Positions 7,879 through 16,320 of a DNA stretch of 25,756 nucleotides are shown piece after piece (position 1 is the first letter of the stretch; each line of letters starts with the position of its first letter). Under the pieces are notes generated by a model that saw only the letters and a list, made by a program, of their open reading frames with translations, was not told the origin of the DNA and ran no database searches. Source of the stretch: Deltaproteobacteria bacterium (GTDB taxonomy: Bacteria > Myxococcota > Kuafuiibacteriia > Kuafuiibacteriales > Kuafuiibacteriaceae); the NCBI GenBank assembly GCA_040218735.1, contig JAVJQW010000053.1, positions 1 to 25,756 on the forward strand. Direction: 5' to 3'. The position numbers and the translations under genes were made by a program.

Positions 7879-8279
7879 CGGCGCCGCCCGTTTCGGGGGA
7901 GGCGCCGGTGGCCCTCCACGGATTGCACGCGCGCGCCGAACGCGCTGAGCCGTCGGGTGTAGCGTTCGATGAAGCGCCGCATCACGTCGCGGTCACCGTG
8001 GACGTGGGCTTCGAAGTCGACCTGGCCCGTGGCGAGGAGTCGGTCCGCGTCGGCTTCCGAGAGGCACAGCGTCGCGTGGGCGGTGGGCGAGCAGCGATCG
8101 ATGAATCCGACGCGCCGGCGCAGGCCGCCCTCGGCGCGCCACCAACGGTAGCCATCGGCCCGCTCGACGCCGATGCAGACCTCCTGCCTCATCGCGGCGA
8201 CCGCTCCGCCGCGGCGGACGAGGCCGTCGAGGAGCAGCAGGAGCGTGGGCTCGGCGCCGAGATCGTGCGTCGGCTCCAT
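7875..8279 (-). CDS. Hypothetical protein, possibly SCP2 sterol-carrier-like fold
   Basis: AHATLCLSEADADRLLATG...VHGDRDVMRRF resembles an SCP2 C-terminal pattern; ATGA overlap with the methyltransferase start. Confidence 0.55.
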   Translation of the reverse strand: MEPTHDLGAEPTLLLLLDGLVRRGGAVAAMRQEVCIGVERADGYRWWRAEGGLRRRVGFIDRCSPTAHATLCLSEADADRLLATGQVDFEAHVHGDRDVMRRFIERYTRRLSAFGARVQSVEGHRRLPRNGRRR

Positions 8280-8356
8280 CACCTACGAGGGATACCCAAT
8301 CCGGGCAGCGCTCGTCGAGTTGAGATTCACCTCGTCGTTGGGGAGGATGTCCCCCC

Positions 8357-9550
8357 ATGGCGTTCGAGCCCCCGGAGCTGTCCTCCGACGAGACGATGGA
8401 TGCCACGCGTGGGCACCGCGAGCGCCGGATGCGGGCCGCGGGGGAGCTCGTCGCGGCGCGGCTCGCGGCGGCGCACCCGGCGGGGCTCGACGTGGAGATC
8501 GACGTCGCCCAGGAGACGGTGGTCGTCGGTCGCAACCCTCGCCGCCGGGCGGCGACGGCGATCCACGACCCCCAGCTCTCGCGCGAGCACTTCGCGATCG
8601 CGTGGGATCCGGTGCTGCGCACCCACGTCGCGAAGGACCTCGGGAGTCGCAACGGATCGTGGATCGACGGCGTCGCATCGACGTCGGGCTGGCGTCCTCT
8701 CACGCCGGGGTCGGTGCTCCGCGCGGGGAGCGCGCTGTACGTCTACGAATTGGGGCACACGCTCGAGCATCCCGACCCGCCCGAGGTGCGGCGCGCCGCG
8801 GTGCCGGGGCAGGCGATGGCGATCCGCGACCTGCGCGCGAAGCTCGACGTCGCCGCGCCGGACATCTCGCCGGCGCTGATCATCGGCGAGACGGGGACGG
8901 GCAAGGAGAAGATCGCGCGCGAGCTGCACGACCGGAGCGGTCGCACCGGCGCGTTCGTCGCGATCAACTGCGCGACGTTCTCCGAGCAGCTCATCGAGAG
9001 CCAGCTGTTCGGTCACAAGAAGGGCGCCTTCACCGGCGCGACCTCCGACCAGCCCGGTTTGTTCCGCGCGGCGGAGGGGGGCTCGCTCTTCCTCGACGAG
9101 ATCGGCGAGATGCCGCTCGCGCTGCAACCCAAGTTGCTCCGCGCGATTCAGGAGAAGGAGATCCGCTCCGTAGGTGGGACGGAGACCGAGCAGGTCGACG
9201 TCCGCATCATCGCCGCCACGCACCAAGACCTCGTGCAGCGGGCGAAGGACAAGTCGTTTAGGCAGGATCTCTACGCACGCCTGGCGCTCTGGCAGCTCGA
9301 AGTGCCTCCCGTGCGTGAGCGCCGGCGCGACGTGTTGAGCTGGGTGCATCGGCTCTACGGTGCGTGGCGCGAGGATCGCGGAATGGACGAGGACCGCCTG
9401 GACTTCGATCTCGAGGCAGCCGAGACGTTGCTGCTTTCGAAGTGGTCCGAGAACCTGCGCGGCATCGACCGCTTCGTGCACGAGATCGCGGCGCGCCGAC
9501 CGCGCGGGCGCCTGGGCATCAACGCGATCCCGAGCTGGGTGACCGCATGA
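8357..9550 (+). CDS. FHA domain plus sigma54-activator AAA+ domain, lacking a C-terminal HTH
   Basis: FHA (VGRN...LSREH...DLGSRNGSW); [53 protein letters not shown]; ends about 25 aa after this last motif. Confidence 0.92.
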   Translation: MAFEPPELSSDETMDATRGHRERRMRAAGELVAARLAAAHPAGLDVEIDVAQETVVVGRNPRRRAATAIHDPQLSREHFAIAWDPVLRTHVAKDLGSRNGSWIDGVASTSGWRPLTPGSVLRAGSALYVYELGHTLEHPDPPEVRRAAVPGQAMAIRDLRAKLDVAAPDISPALIIGETGTGKEKIARELHDRSGRTGAFVAINCATFSEQLIESQLFGHKKGAFTGATSDQPGLFRAAEGGSLFLDEIGEMPLALQPKLLRAIQEKEIRSVGGTETEQVDVRIIAATHQDLVQRAKDKSFRQDLYARLALWQLEVPPVRERRRDVLSWVHRLYGAWREDRGMDEDRLDFDLEAAETLLLSKWSENLRGIDRFVHEIAARRPRGRLGINAIPSWVTA

Positions 9551-10362
9551 GCGAAGCACTCCCCGAACCTCGCGTGCTGTTGATTCGCGGCAAACAAACC
9601 GCGCGTCGGCTGGTGTTGCCTCCGTTCGGCGCGGTCAAGATCGGCCGTGCGCCAGACAACGACGTGGTGTTGTACGAGCCAGGCGTCCTCGATGCGCATG
9701 CCGTCTTGCACGTCGACTTCGGCGTCGGCGTCGAGATCGGCGCGGACGCGACGCTCGCCATCGCCAACGAAGGCGCTCGACAGTCGATTCAAGGGCCCAC
9801 GACGGTGGAGCTGGAGCTCGGGACGTCGGTGGTGCTCGGGAGCATCGAGCTGCGCGTCGAAGAGATCGAGTCGGCGCGTCAGGAGCGCCACCTCCTCGCG
9901 GCCGACCTCGCGCCGGACGACATCGTTCGCATCCGTGTCGAAGGTGCGATCGAGGAGGCCGAAGCCCAGGAGGTCCTCTTCTCCGTGTTGTCCGATGACG
10001 ACGTCGCCTACGACCTCTCGGACGGGGTGTACGCGATTCAGCAAGCGAAGTCGTCGAGCGCGACGACCGAGCTCCTCGCGACGCGTTTCTCGAAGCAGGG
10101 CTTCACGATGCGTGTCTTGTCGGGCGACGAGCCCGCGCCGGTCGCCAAGGGCGCCGCGCCGATCGAGGACGCGTCGACGGAGCCCTTCGGTTCGTTGCGC
10201 GACGAGCTCGCCGCGCTGGAGAAGAAGCGCATCCTGCAGGCGCTCGAGAAGTTCCCGAACCAGCAGGAGGCGGCGAAGGCGCTCGACATCCCGATCCGCA
10301 CGTTCGTGAACCGAATGGACGCGCTGGGGATCCCGCGCCGTCGCTCCAAGAAGAAGTCCTAG
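9547..10362 (+). CDS. FHA-like domain plus Fis-type HTH protein without AAA+ domain, 271 aa
   Basis: [11 protein letters not shown]...HAVL (degenerate FHA); C-terminal [46 protein letters not shown]; ATGA overlap at 9547-9550. Confidence 0.8.
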   Translation: MSEALPEPRVLLIRGKQTARRLVLPPFGAVKIGRAPDNDVVLYEPGVLDAHAVLHVDFGVGVEIGADATLAIANEGARQSIQGPTTVELELGTSVVLGSIELRVEEIESARQERHLLAADLAPDDIVRIRVEGAIEEAEAQEVLFSVLSDDDVAYDLSDGVYAIQQAKSSSATTELLATRFSKQGFTMRVLSGDEPAPVAKGAAPIEDASTEPFGSLRDELAALEKKRILQALEKFPNQQEAAKALDIPIRTFVNRMDALGIPRRRSKKKS

Positions 10363-10923
10363 TCAGAAGACGACGCCGGTGACCTGGGCGCCGATCGCGC
10401 CCCGCGGACCGAAGGGCACGAACGCGACACGCACCGCGGGTGCACCGTCGCTCGGGGCCAACGCGAGCTCTTCTTCTTCGTCTTCGCCAAAGCCGTAGTG
10501 GAGCGCCGAGGGGACGATCCACCCGGCGACCAGTCCGAGCGCGGTCCCGAACATGACGTCCGAAGCGTGGTGGGATCCGCTGACGTCGCGCAGCACGCCG
10601 GTGGTCGCCGCGGCGCCGATCATCGACGCGCAAGCCAGGTTGTCGCCGACGCCGCCGCCGTAGATCGGCATCCTCGAATGGTGCATGCAGGTGACGCCCG
10701 CCGCCGCGACCACGAGCGCGGGGTGGCCGGAGATGAACGAGCGGTAGCGGTTGTTCTCGTCGTCCGAGTCGCAGCCGAGGTCTCCGCCCTCGAAGCCCGG
10801 TTCGTCGCAGCGCCGGGAGTGGGGGCGCTCCCGGCCGACGAACAGCTGCGTCGTCCACAGCGTCGCGGCGACGACGCCGAACGCTTGCGCCGCGCTACGG
10901 GTACCTTCGGTAGTAAAAAACGG
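10363..10923 (-). pseudogene. PAP2-family phosphatase, apparently 5'-truncated
   Basis: Open frame reads AQAFGVVAATLWTTQLFVGRERP...RSFISGH...LRDVSGSHHASDV (all three PAP2 motif regions); in-frame TGA at 10926-10924 and no ATG/GTG/TTG until GTG10713, which is downstream of motifs 1-2. Confidence 0.65.
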
Positions 10924-10956
10924 TCACACGCTGGCGCTTCGCTGCGGTCGCGCGCG

Positions 10957-11304
10957 TCACGGGTCCGCATGATCACATCGCTGCGCGCGATAGAACGCCT
11001 CGTGGAGGCGGTCGGCCTCTCGGAAGAATCCGCGCACCATGAGGATCTGCGCGGCCTGCGTGAGCAGCTTCCGCGCGAGGTCGTGGTGGCCGCAGGTCCT
11101 CAACACCCCGGCGGCGACGAGGCACTCGTCGGTGACGCCGCGCGCGGCGACGCGTCGCAGGCGTTCGTCGAGCCGGCCGAGGTAGCGGAGGATCTCGTCG
11201 TCCGCGACGACGCGGGGCGGGTCGACGAAGATCTTGCGGAGGCGTTCGCCGAGGTCCACTCCGCGTACGCGGTCGAGGTCGATCGTCTTCCTGTCGAGGT
11301 CCAT
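10957..11304 (-). CDS. Hypothetical helical protein, about 115 aa
   Basis: MDLDRKTIDLDRVRG...; plausible composition, co-oriented with neighbours; no recognised motif. Confidence 0.5.
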   Translation of the reverse strand: MDLDRKTIDLDRVRGVDLGERLRKIFVDPPRVVADDEILRYLGRLDERLRRVAARGVTDECLVAAGVLRTCGHHDLARKLLTQAAQILMVRGFFREADRLHEAFYRAQRCDHADP

Positions 11305-11404
11305 CACAGAGCCGATACGTCGCAAGGTGCGTGCCCGATCCGATGCTTCGGATCTGCGCCGTTCTTTTGAAACGAACGGCAGGCCTTGCCGGTTCGACGG
11401 CAAC

Positions 11405-13984
11405 TCAGTCGAACTCGTCGAGCAGCGTTGCGGCGTTGTCGCGGAACACCACGCGGACCATCGCGCGCCGCACGTCGTAGCCGGGGATCTGCACGAGGAG
11501 TCCGACGCCGTTGTCGGAGATCAGCCCGTCGTCGAGGTCGAGCGCCGGCGCGGGGAGGCCGATCAACCCCGCGTAGCGAACGCCGGCGCTGAAGTTGTCT
11601 TCGACCCAGAAGCGCTCGACGCGGGTCGTCGTGCCGGGACCGACGACCAGCCCCGAGCCGAACATGTTCAAGGAGAGCGCGTCCCCGGCGACCATCGTGC
11701 GCCGAAGGATGGCGTCCGTCAGTGTGAGCTCCACGTTCGATGTCTCGTTGGCGTTGCGCACGAGGATCGCGGCGTCGCGGTTGTCCTCGGCCAGGAAGCG
11801 CCCCACGTTGATCGTTGCGTCGCCCTCCGCGTAGAGCCCCATTCCGCCGAAGTCGATCGCGCTGTCGCCGACGGGCATTCGGTGCGGGACGCCGTTGGCG
11901 GCGCGTACGTGGCGCAGCTCGACGAAGCCGCCGAAGACGCGGATGTTCGCCTGCCGGTTGCCGTCGAAGTCACCGCGGAGGACCGTCACGACGGTCTCGA
12001 CGCCGTCCACGTGCAGACCCGTGCCGCGGTTGGCGACGACGGCGTCGCCGTTGGTCGACGTATCGACGACGGTGACGTCGGTCAGGCGCATCACCACGCC
12101 TGGCGCGCCGGCGGAGCGCGCGCGGATCCCGGCCTCGCGGGCGCGCTCGACCTTCACGCGGGTCGCGGTGATGTCGGCGCCGTCGACGCCGTAGAGGCCC
12201 TGCCCGCGTTCGTCCTCGGCGAAGTCGGGGCGCACGTCGGTGATCGCGAGATCCTCGAACGTCGCTTCGCCCCCTTCGACGAGGACGCCGAAGCGGTGCA
12301 CGTGTGAGAACGCCGCGCGCACCATCGTTACCGACGAGGTGATGGCCCACATGCCGGTGCCGCGTGCTCGGTCGAGGTCGCCGACCGTCGTGTCGACGAC
12401 GAGGTCCGTGATGTGCGCGGTGCCGCCGCTCACGCGGAGCGCGTAGGCGCCGGCCTCCTCGATGCGGACCCGCTCGAACACGAGGTCCACGCCGCGGATG
12501 TCGACCGCGCGCCCTTCGTTGGTGTTCGTGGCGCGGACGTTCTGCACGAGGAGATCGGTGGCGTTCAGCGCGCCGTTCGAGAGTCCGAAGCCTTCACCGT
12601 TCACGTCGCGTACGAGGGCGCGCGACAGATCGACGTCACCGCCCCCGCTGACGGCTGCGTCGATGATCTCGCGAACGACGAAGTCCGTCGCGACGAGCTC
12701 GCCGTCCACGTTGACACCGCGGCGCTCGACGAGCGCGCGGTCGATCGTCGCCGCGCTGTCTTCGTCGATCTGAACACCCCCGGCCGAGACTTCGAAGTCG
12801 GTCGCGTCGAACGTTGCATCGATCAGGTCGACGCTCCCGAACCGCGCGCGGTCGACCGTGACGATCGAGCCGGTGAAGCGCGCGTCGCCGAGCACTGACG
12901 ACGTCAGCGCAGCCGAACCTCGGGTCGTCTCCAGCTCCGTTACTTCGGCTTCGTGGACCGTGACCACGCCGCCGGTCGTTACGATCCGGGCGACCTCGAG
13001 ACGTTCGACCCGTAGGTTCACGTTCGAAGGCGCGAGCTCGCCGCCGGTCAGCGAAGTGGTCGCCACACACGCGCCGAGCAAGGTGACGTCCTCGTCGATG
13101 ACGAGCCGCGGCGGTATTTGGTGCGCGCCGCTCGACAGCACGATCGTCGCGCCGGGTGCGGCGCGCGCGAGCGCGACCTCGAGCGTCCCGTACGGTGACA
13201 CCTGCGTCCCGGTGCCGGTCGCGCCCGGCTGCACGTAGACCGCGTCCCGCGGCGCGTCGGAGGGCCACGTCGCGTCACACGGGCCGATGGCCTGGCAAGT
13301 CGTGTCACCGAGGAAGCGGTGTGTGTCCCTCGGGCAGGCCGCGGTGTCCGCCGGCCAGGGGACACACGCAGCGCGCTCCATCACCCAGCCCGTGGGACAC
13401 GGCGCCACCACCACTGGGTTTGGTGCGGTCGGGAGCGTGGGTTCGTCGGGCGGATCTGGGAGGTTCGGGTCGCCGCAAGGTAGGTTGCAGACGTCTTGTT
13501 CATCGTCGTAGCAGCCCCCGCGTTCTGCGCACTCGGATTCCGTCGGGATGGTTTGGCAGACTCGGCTGCGGACACGTGCGTCGATCGCGTCGGCCGTCGT
13601 CTCGGGGAGCTCCGTTTTTGTGATGTCCGGGCAGCCCCCCGAGACGCAGGTGGCCTCCAGGACGACGTCGAGCTGCCGAAGCCCCGACGAAAACGGCGCT
13701 TCGATGTGCTGCGTGAACGAGGTGTCGCCCCCCGGGTTGCCGGTGACGTCGAGGATCAACCTGTCGGCGGCGTCGCGTTCGACGCCGAAGAGGACCGGCA
13801 GACAGTCGGGCACCTTCGCGCCGACCGCGAAGTCGAAGCGGCTCGGCGCTCCGTCGCCTCCGCCGATCTCGACCTCCAGCGCGGCGAGGTCCGCGAGCAC
13901 GGCGGGGTGCGCGTCGATCTGGACGACGATTGCATCGGGAGAGCTGCAGCTTGCGACGAGCAGCCAGGGCAGCGCGCGCCTCAC
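11405..13984 (-). CDS. Large lipoprotein with Cys-rich linker and right-handed parallel beta-helix (pectin-lyase-like fold) repeats
   Basis: GTG13984 overlaps the upstream stop (GTGA); lipobox-like RRALPWLLVAS-C; VYVQPGATGTGTQVSPYGTLEVAL N-cap; repeated units such as ATDLLVQNV, ITDLVVDTT, FEDLAITDV, LTDVTVVDT. Confidence 0.75.
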   Translation of the reverse strand: MRRALPWLLVASCSSPDAIVVQIDAHPAVLADLAALEVEIGGGDGAPSRFDFAVGAKVPDCLPVLFGVERDAADRLILDVTGNPGGDTSFTQHIEAPFSSGLRQLDVVLEATCVSGGCPDITKTELPETTADAIDARVRSRVCQTIPTESECAERGGCYDDEQDVCNLPCGDPNLPDPPDEPTLPTAPNPVVVAPCPTGWVMERAACVPWPADTAACPRDTHRFLGDTTCQAIGPCDATWPSDAPRDAVYVQPGATGTGTQVSPYGTLEVALARAAPGATIVLSSGAHQIPPRLVIDEDVTLLGACVATTSLTGGELAPSNVNLRVERLEVARIVTTGGVVTVHEAEVTELETTRGSAALTSSVLGDARFTGSIVTVDRARFGSVDLIDATFDATDFEVSAGGVQIDEDSAATIDRALVERRGVNVDGELVATDFVVREIIDAAVSGGGDVDLSRALVRDVNGEGFGLSNGALNATDLLVQNVRATNTNEGRAVDIRGVDLVFERVRIEEAGAYALRVSGGTAHITDLVVDTTVGDLDRARGTGMWAITSSVTMVRAAFSHVHRFGVLVEGGEATFEDLAITDVRPDFAEDERGQGLYGVDGADITATRVKVERAREAGIRARSAGAPGVVMRLTDVTVVDTSTNGDAVVANRGTGLHVDGVETVVTVLRGDFDGNRQANIRVFGGFVELRHVRAANGVPHRMPVGDSAIDFGGMGLYAEGDATINVGRFLAEDNRDAAILVRNANETSNVELTLTDAILRRTMVAGDALSLNMFGSGLVVGPGTTTRVERFWVEDNFSAGVRYAGLIGLPAPALDLDDGLISDNGVGLLVQIPGYDVRRAMVRVVFRDNAATLLDEFD

Positions 13985-14553
13985 CGCACGAACCTCCGGT
14001 CCAGCGACTCGGGCAGCGGCTCCCCTCCGCTCGAGGCGATCGCGGCGACCGAAACGCCGGCGGCGACCACGGCGACCGCTCCGATCGCGATCCACAGCCA
14101 CGGGGGGCCGTCGGATTCACTCGGCGCGGGCGCCGCGATCGGGGGAGGCGGCGCGATCGGTGGCGGGGGCGGCGTGCGACGCGACGCGAAGTTGTCGGGC
14201 TCCTTCGGCGGGTCGGGGCGGCTCTTGGGCGCGAGGGTGGGGCTCGCGGCGACGCGCGCTTCGAGCGCGGCGATCTTCGCGCGGACCTCCGCGGCGTCGG
14301 GTCGATTCGGGTCGGCGGCGAGGAGCGCGCGGTACTCAACGAGCGCGTTTTTGTCGTCGCCGAGCTTCTCGTAGCAGAGCGCGACGGCTTCGATCGTCGA
14401 AGGGCGTCCGTCCGACAGCTCGCGCGCGCGGAGGAGGTGCGGCAGCGCTTCTTCGAACTTCTCGGCGAGGAACAAGCGGCGCCCCGTCTCGAACTCCGCT
14501 CGACCCGTCGGCGCGGCAGCGACGAGCATCAGGACGACGACGGTGCTCACCAT
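13981..14553 (-). CDS. Exported TPR protein with Pro-rich linker and C-terminal membrane helix
   Basis: Hydrophobic leader; FETGRRLFLAEKFEEAL...VALCYEKLGDDKNALVEYR; WLWIAIGAVAVVAAGV. Confidence 0.8.
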   Translation of the reverse strand: MVSTVVVLMLVAAAPTGRAEFETGRRLFLAEKFEEALPHLLRARELSDGRPSTIEAVALCYEKLGDDKNALVEYRALLAADPNRPDAAEVRAKIAALEARVAASPTLAPKSRPDPPKEPDNFASRRTPPPPPIAPPPPIAAPAPSESDGPPWLWIAIGAVAVVAAGVSVAAIASSGGEPLPESLDRRFVR

Positions 14554-16289
14554 GACGGGAACGCCTCGTCACTCTTCTTCGGATCGTTCGACTTGCCGTC
14601 GGACTTCTTGGAGCGCCGCTTGCGCGAAGGTGTCTCCGTGTCGTCCCGCGGTTGCAAGTCGACTTGCCGCGCCCCGTCCGCGGAGGAGATCGTGACCACG
14701 CGGGTCTCGAAGCCCGGCGCGGCGACCTCGACACGTCGCGATGTGTTGGGGCGAACCGGGACCTCCAGCGGCGTCCGGCCGAGGATCAGACCGACTTCGT
14801 CGCGCACGGCGGCCCCGGACGGCTCGCTGCTCAGCCGCACGAACACCTGAGAGGCCGCCTTCACCGACGGGACGACGTTCGGCTCCTCGACCTGCGTACT
14901 GCTGGTGTCCCGGCGCAGGACGACCACACCGACCGCGAGCGCCGCGGCGAGCGCCGCGACGGCGGCCCACAGCGGTGCACGCGAGCGCCGCGTCGGCGCC
15001 GGAAGCGGCATGGGTGTGGGGCCGGGCGGCGTGGGATCGGTCTCCGCGAACGGGCGCGGCGTGGGCGCCTCCGGCGGCTTCGTCGGGCCATCCAGCGGGA
15101 CGTACGTGGCGGTCTTCTGCGCGTCGGCCGCGTCCTCGTCGAGCGCGACCGGGCTCGCGAGCGCGCGCGCCGCGGAGTCGGAGGGCGCCACACGCGTCGG
15201 CATCGCGTCGGGCGGCGGCGGCTCGACGTCGGTGGCGGCGGGGGCGATCGGCGGTTCGTTCTGACCGATGGTCTCGAGGAAGTCCTGCGGGTGCGCGACG
15301 CCCGGCTGCGTCGTGACGTCGGTGCCTTCCTCCGCAGGTTCGTCGTCGCTCGGGACAACCGGCGTCGAGTGCCCCCAGGTCCCGGAGCCGATCGCGAGGA
15401 CGTGCTCCGGGCAGACGTCGATCAGCGTGCGTTTCACCTCCGTGAGATCCGGGCGCTCGTCCGGCTTCACGGCGAGGCACGCGAGGATGAGGTCGACGAG
15501 GCGCCCGCCGCCCGGGAGCTTCGACGGGAGGTTCATCGAAGGCAGCGGACCGCGCAGCTTCGTGCGCACGATGTCGCTGATGTTGCCGGGCGGGAACAGC
15601 CGCGCGCTCGACAGCAGCTCGTACAGCACCTCCGCGATCGCGTAGACGTCCGTCGCGGGGGAGGGCGCGGGACGCCCGGCGATCTGCTCCGGCGCCATGT
15701 ACGCGGGGGTCCCGAGCATCACGCCGGTCGCGGCGTTCTTTCCGATCGGCTGCACGACCTTCGCGAGCCCGAAGTCCACGACCTTGAGTCCGGGGATCGC
15801 GCCGGGCACCTGTCGCGGGTCGAGGAGGAGCAGGAGGTTGTCCGGTTTGATGTCGCGGTGGATGACCCCGGCGTTGTGCGCGGCCTGCACCGCCGCGACG
15901 AGCTGCAGCGTGATGCCTATGGCCTGCCCGAACTCGATCGGGCTCCCGCGCAGCGCCTTCAGCGACGGCCCCTCCACGTACTCCATGATCAGCGCGACGC
16001 GACGCGGGCTCGGGGTGTCGATGAAGTCGGAGACGTCGACGATGTTGGGGTGGCGGATGTCGTTGACGACGCGCGCTTCGCGAAGGAGCCGCTCGATGAC
16101 CGCCGGCTCGTCGACGAGCTGCGGCGACAGCACCTTGACCGCCGCGCGCCGCCCCAGGCGGGTGTGGACGCCGAGGAAGACTCGACTCGTCGCACCCGCG
16201 CCGATGAGCTTCTCCAGCCGATAGTCACCGATGATCTCGCCGAGCTCCACGGATTGGACCGCTTCGGCCAGCTCCCGGTCGGAAGGCAT
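14547..16289 (-). CDS. Membrane Ser/Thr protein kinase with C-terminal PEGA-like domain
   Basis: IGAGATSRV, AAVK, IHRDIKPDN, VVDFGLAK, GTPAYMAPEQ, TDVYA; TM LWAAVAALAAALAVGVVVL; LSSEPSGAAV...LGRTPL. Confidence 0.95.
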   Translation of the reverse strand: MPSDRELAEAVQSVELGEIIGDYRLEKLIGAGATSRVFLGVHTRLGRRAAVKVLSPQLVDEPAVIERLLREARVVNDIRHPNIVDVSDFIDTPSPRRVALIMEYVEGPSLKALRGSPIEFGQAIGITLQLVAAVQAAHNAGVIHRDIKPDNLLLLLDPRQVPGAIPGLKVVDFGLAKVVQPIGKNAATGVMLGTPAYMAPEQIAGRPAPSPATDVYAIAEVLYELLSSARLFPPGNISDIVRTKLRGPLPSMNLPSKLPGGGRLVDLILACLAVKPDERPDLTEVKRTLIDVCPEHVLAIGSGTWGHSTPVVPSDDEPAEEGTDVTTQPGVAHPQDFLETIGQNEPPIAPAATDVEPPPPDAMPTRVAPSDSAARALASPVALDEDAADAQKTATYVPLDGPTKPPEAPTPRPFAETDPTPPGPTPMPLPAPTRRSRAPLWAAVAALAAALAVGVVVLRRDTSSTQVEEPNVVPSVKAASQVFVRLSSEPSGAAVRDEVGLILGRTPLEVPVRPNTSRRVEVAAPGFETRVVTISSADGARQVDLQPRDDTETPSRKRRSKKSDGKSNDPKKSDEAFPSW

Positions 16290-16320
16290 CCCGGGGCCGA
16301 GCCTACTCTCCTTTCTTGCT

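Noticed and set aside
7921-7940. Sigma54 promoter upstream of the methyltransferase (minus strand CGGCGCGCGCGTGCAA)
   Set aside because: GG-to-GC spacing is 9 nt rather than the required 10.
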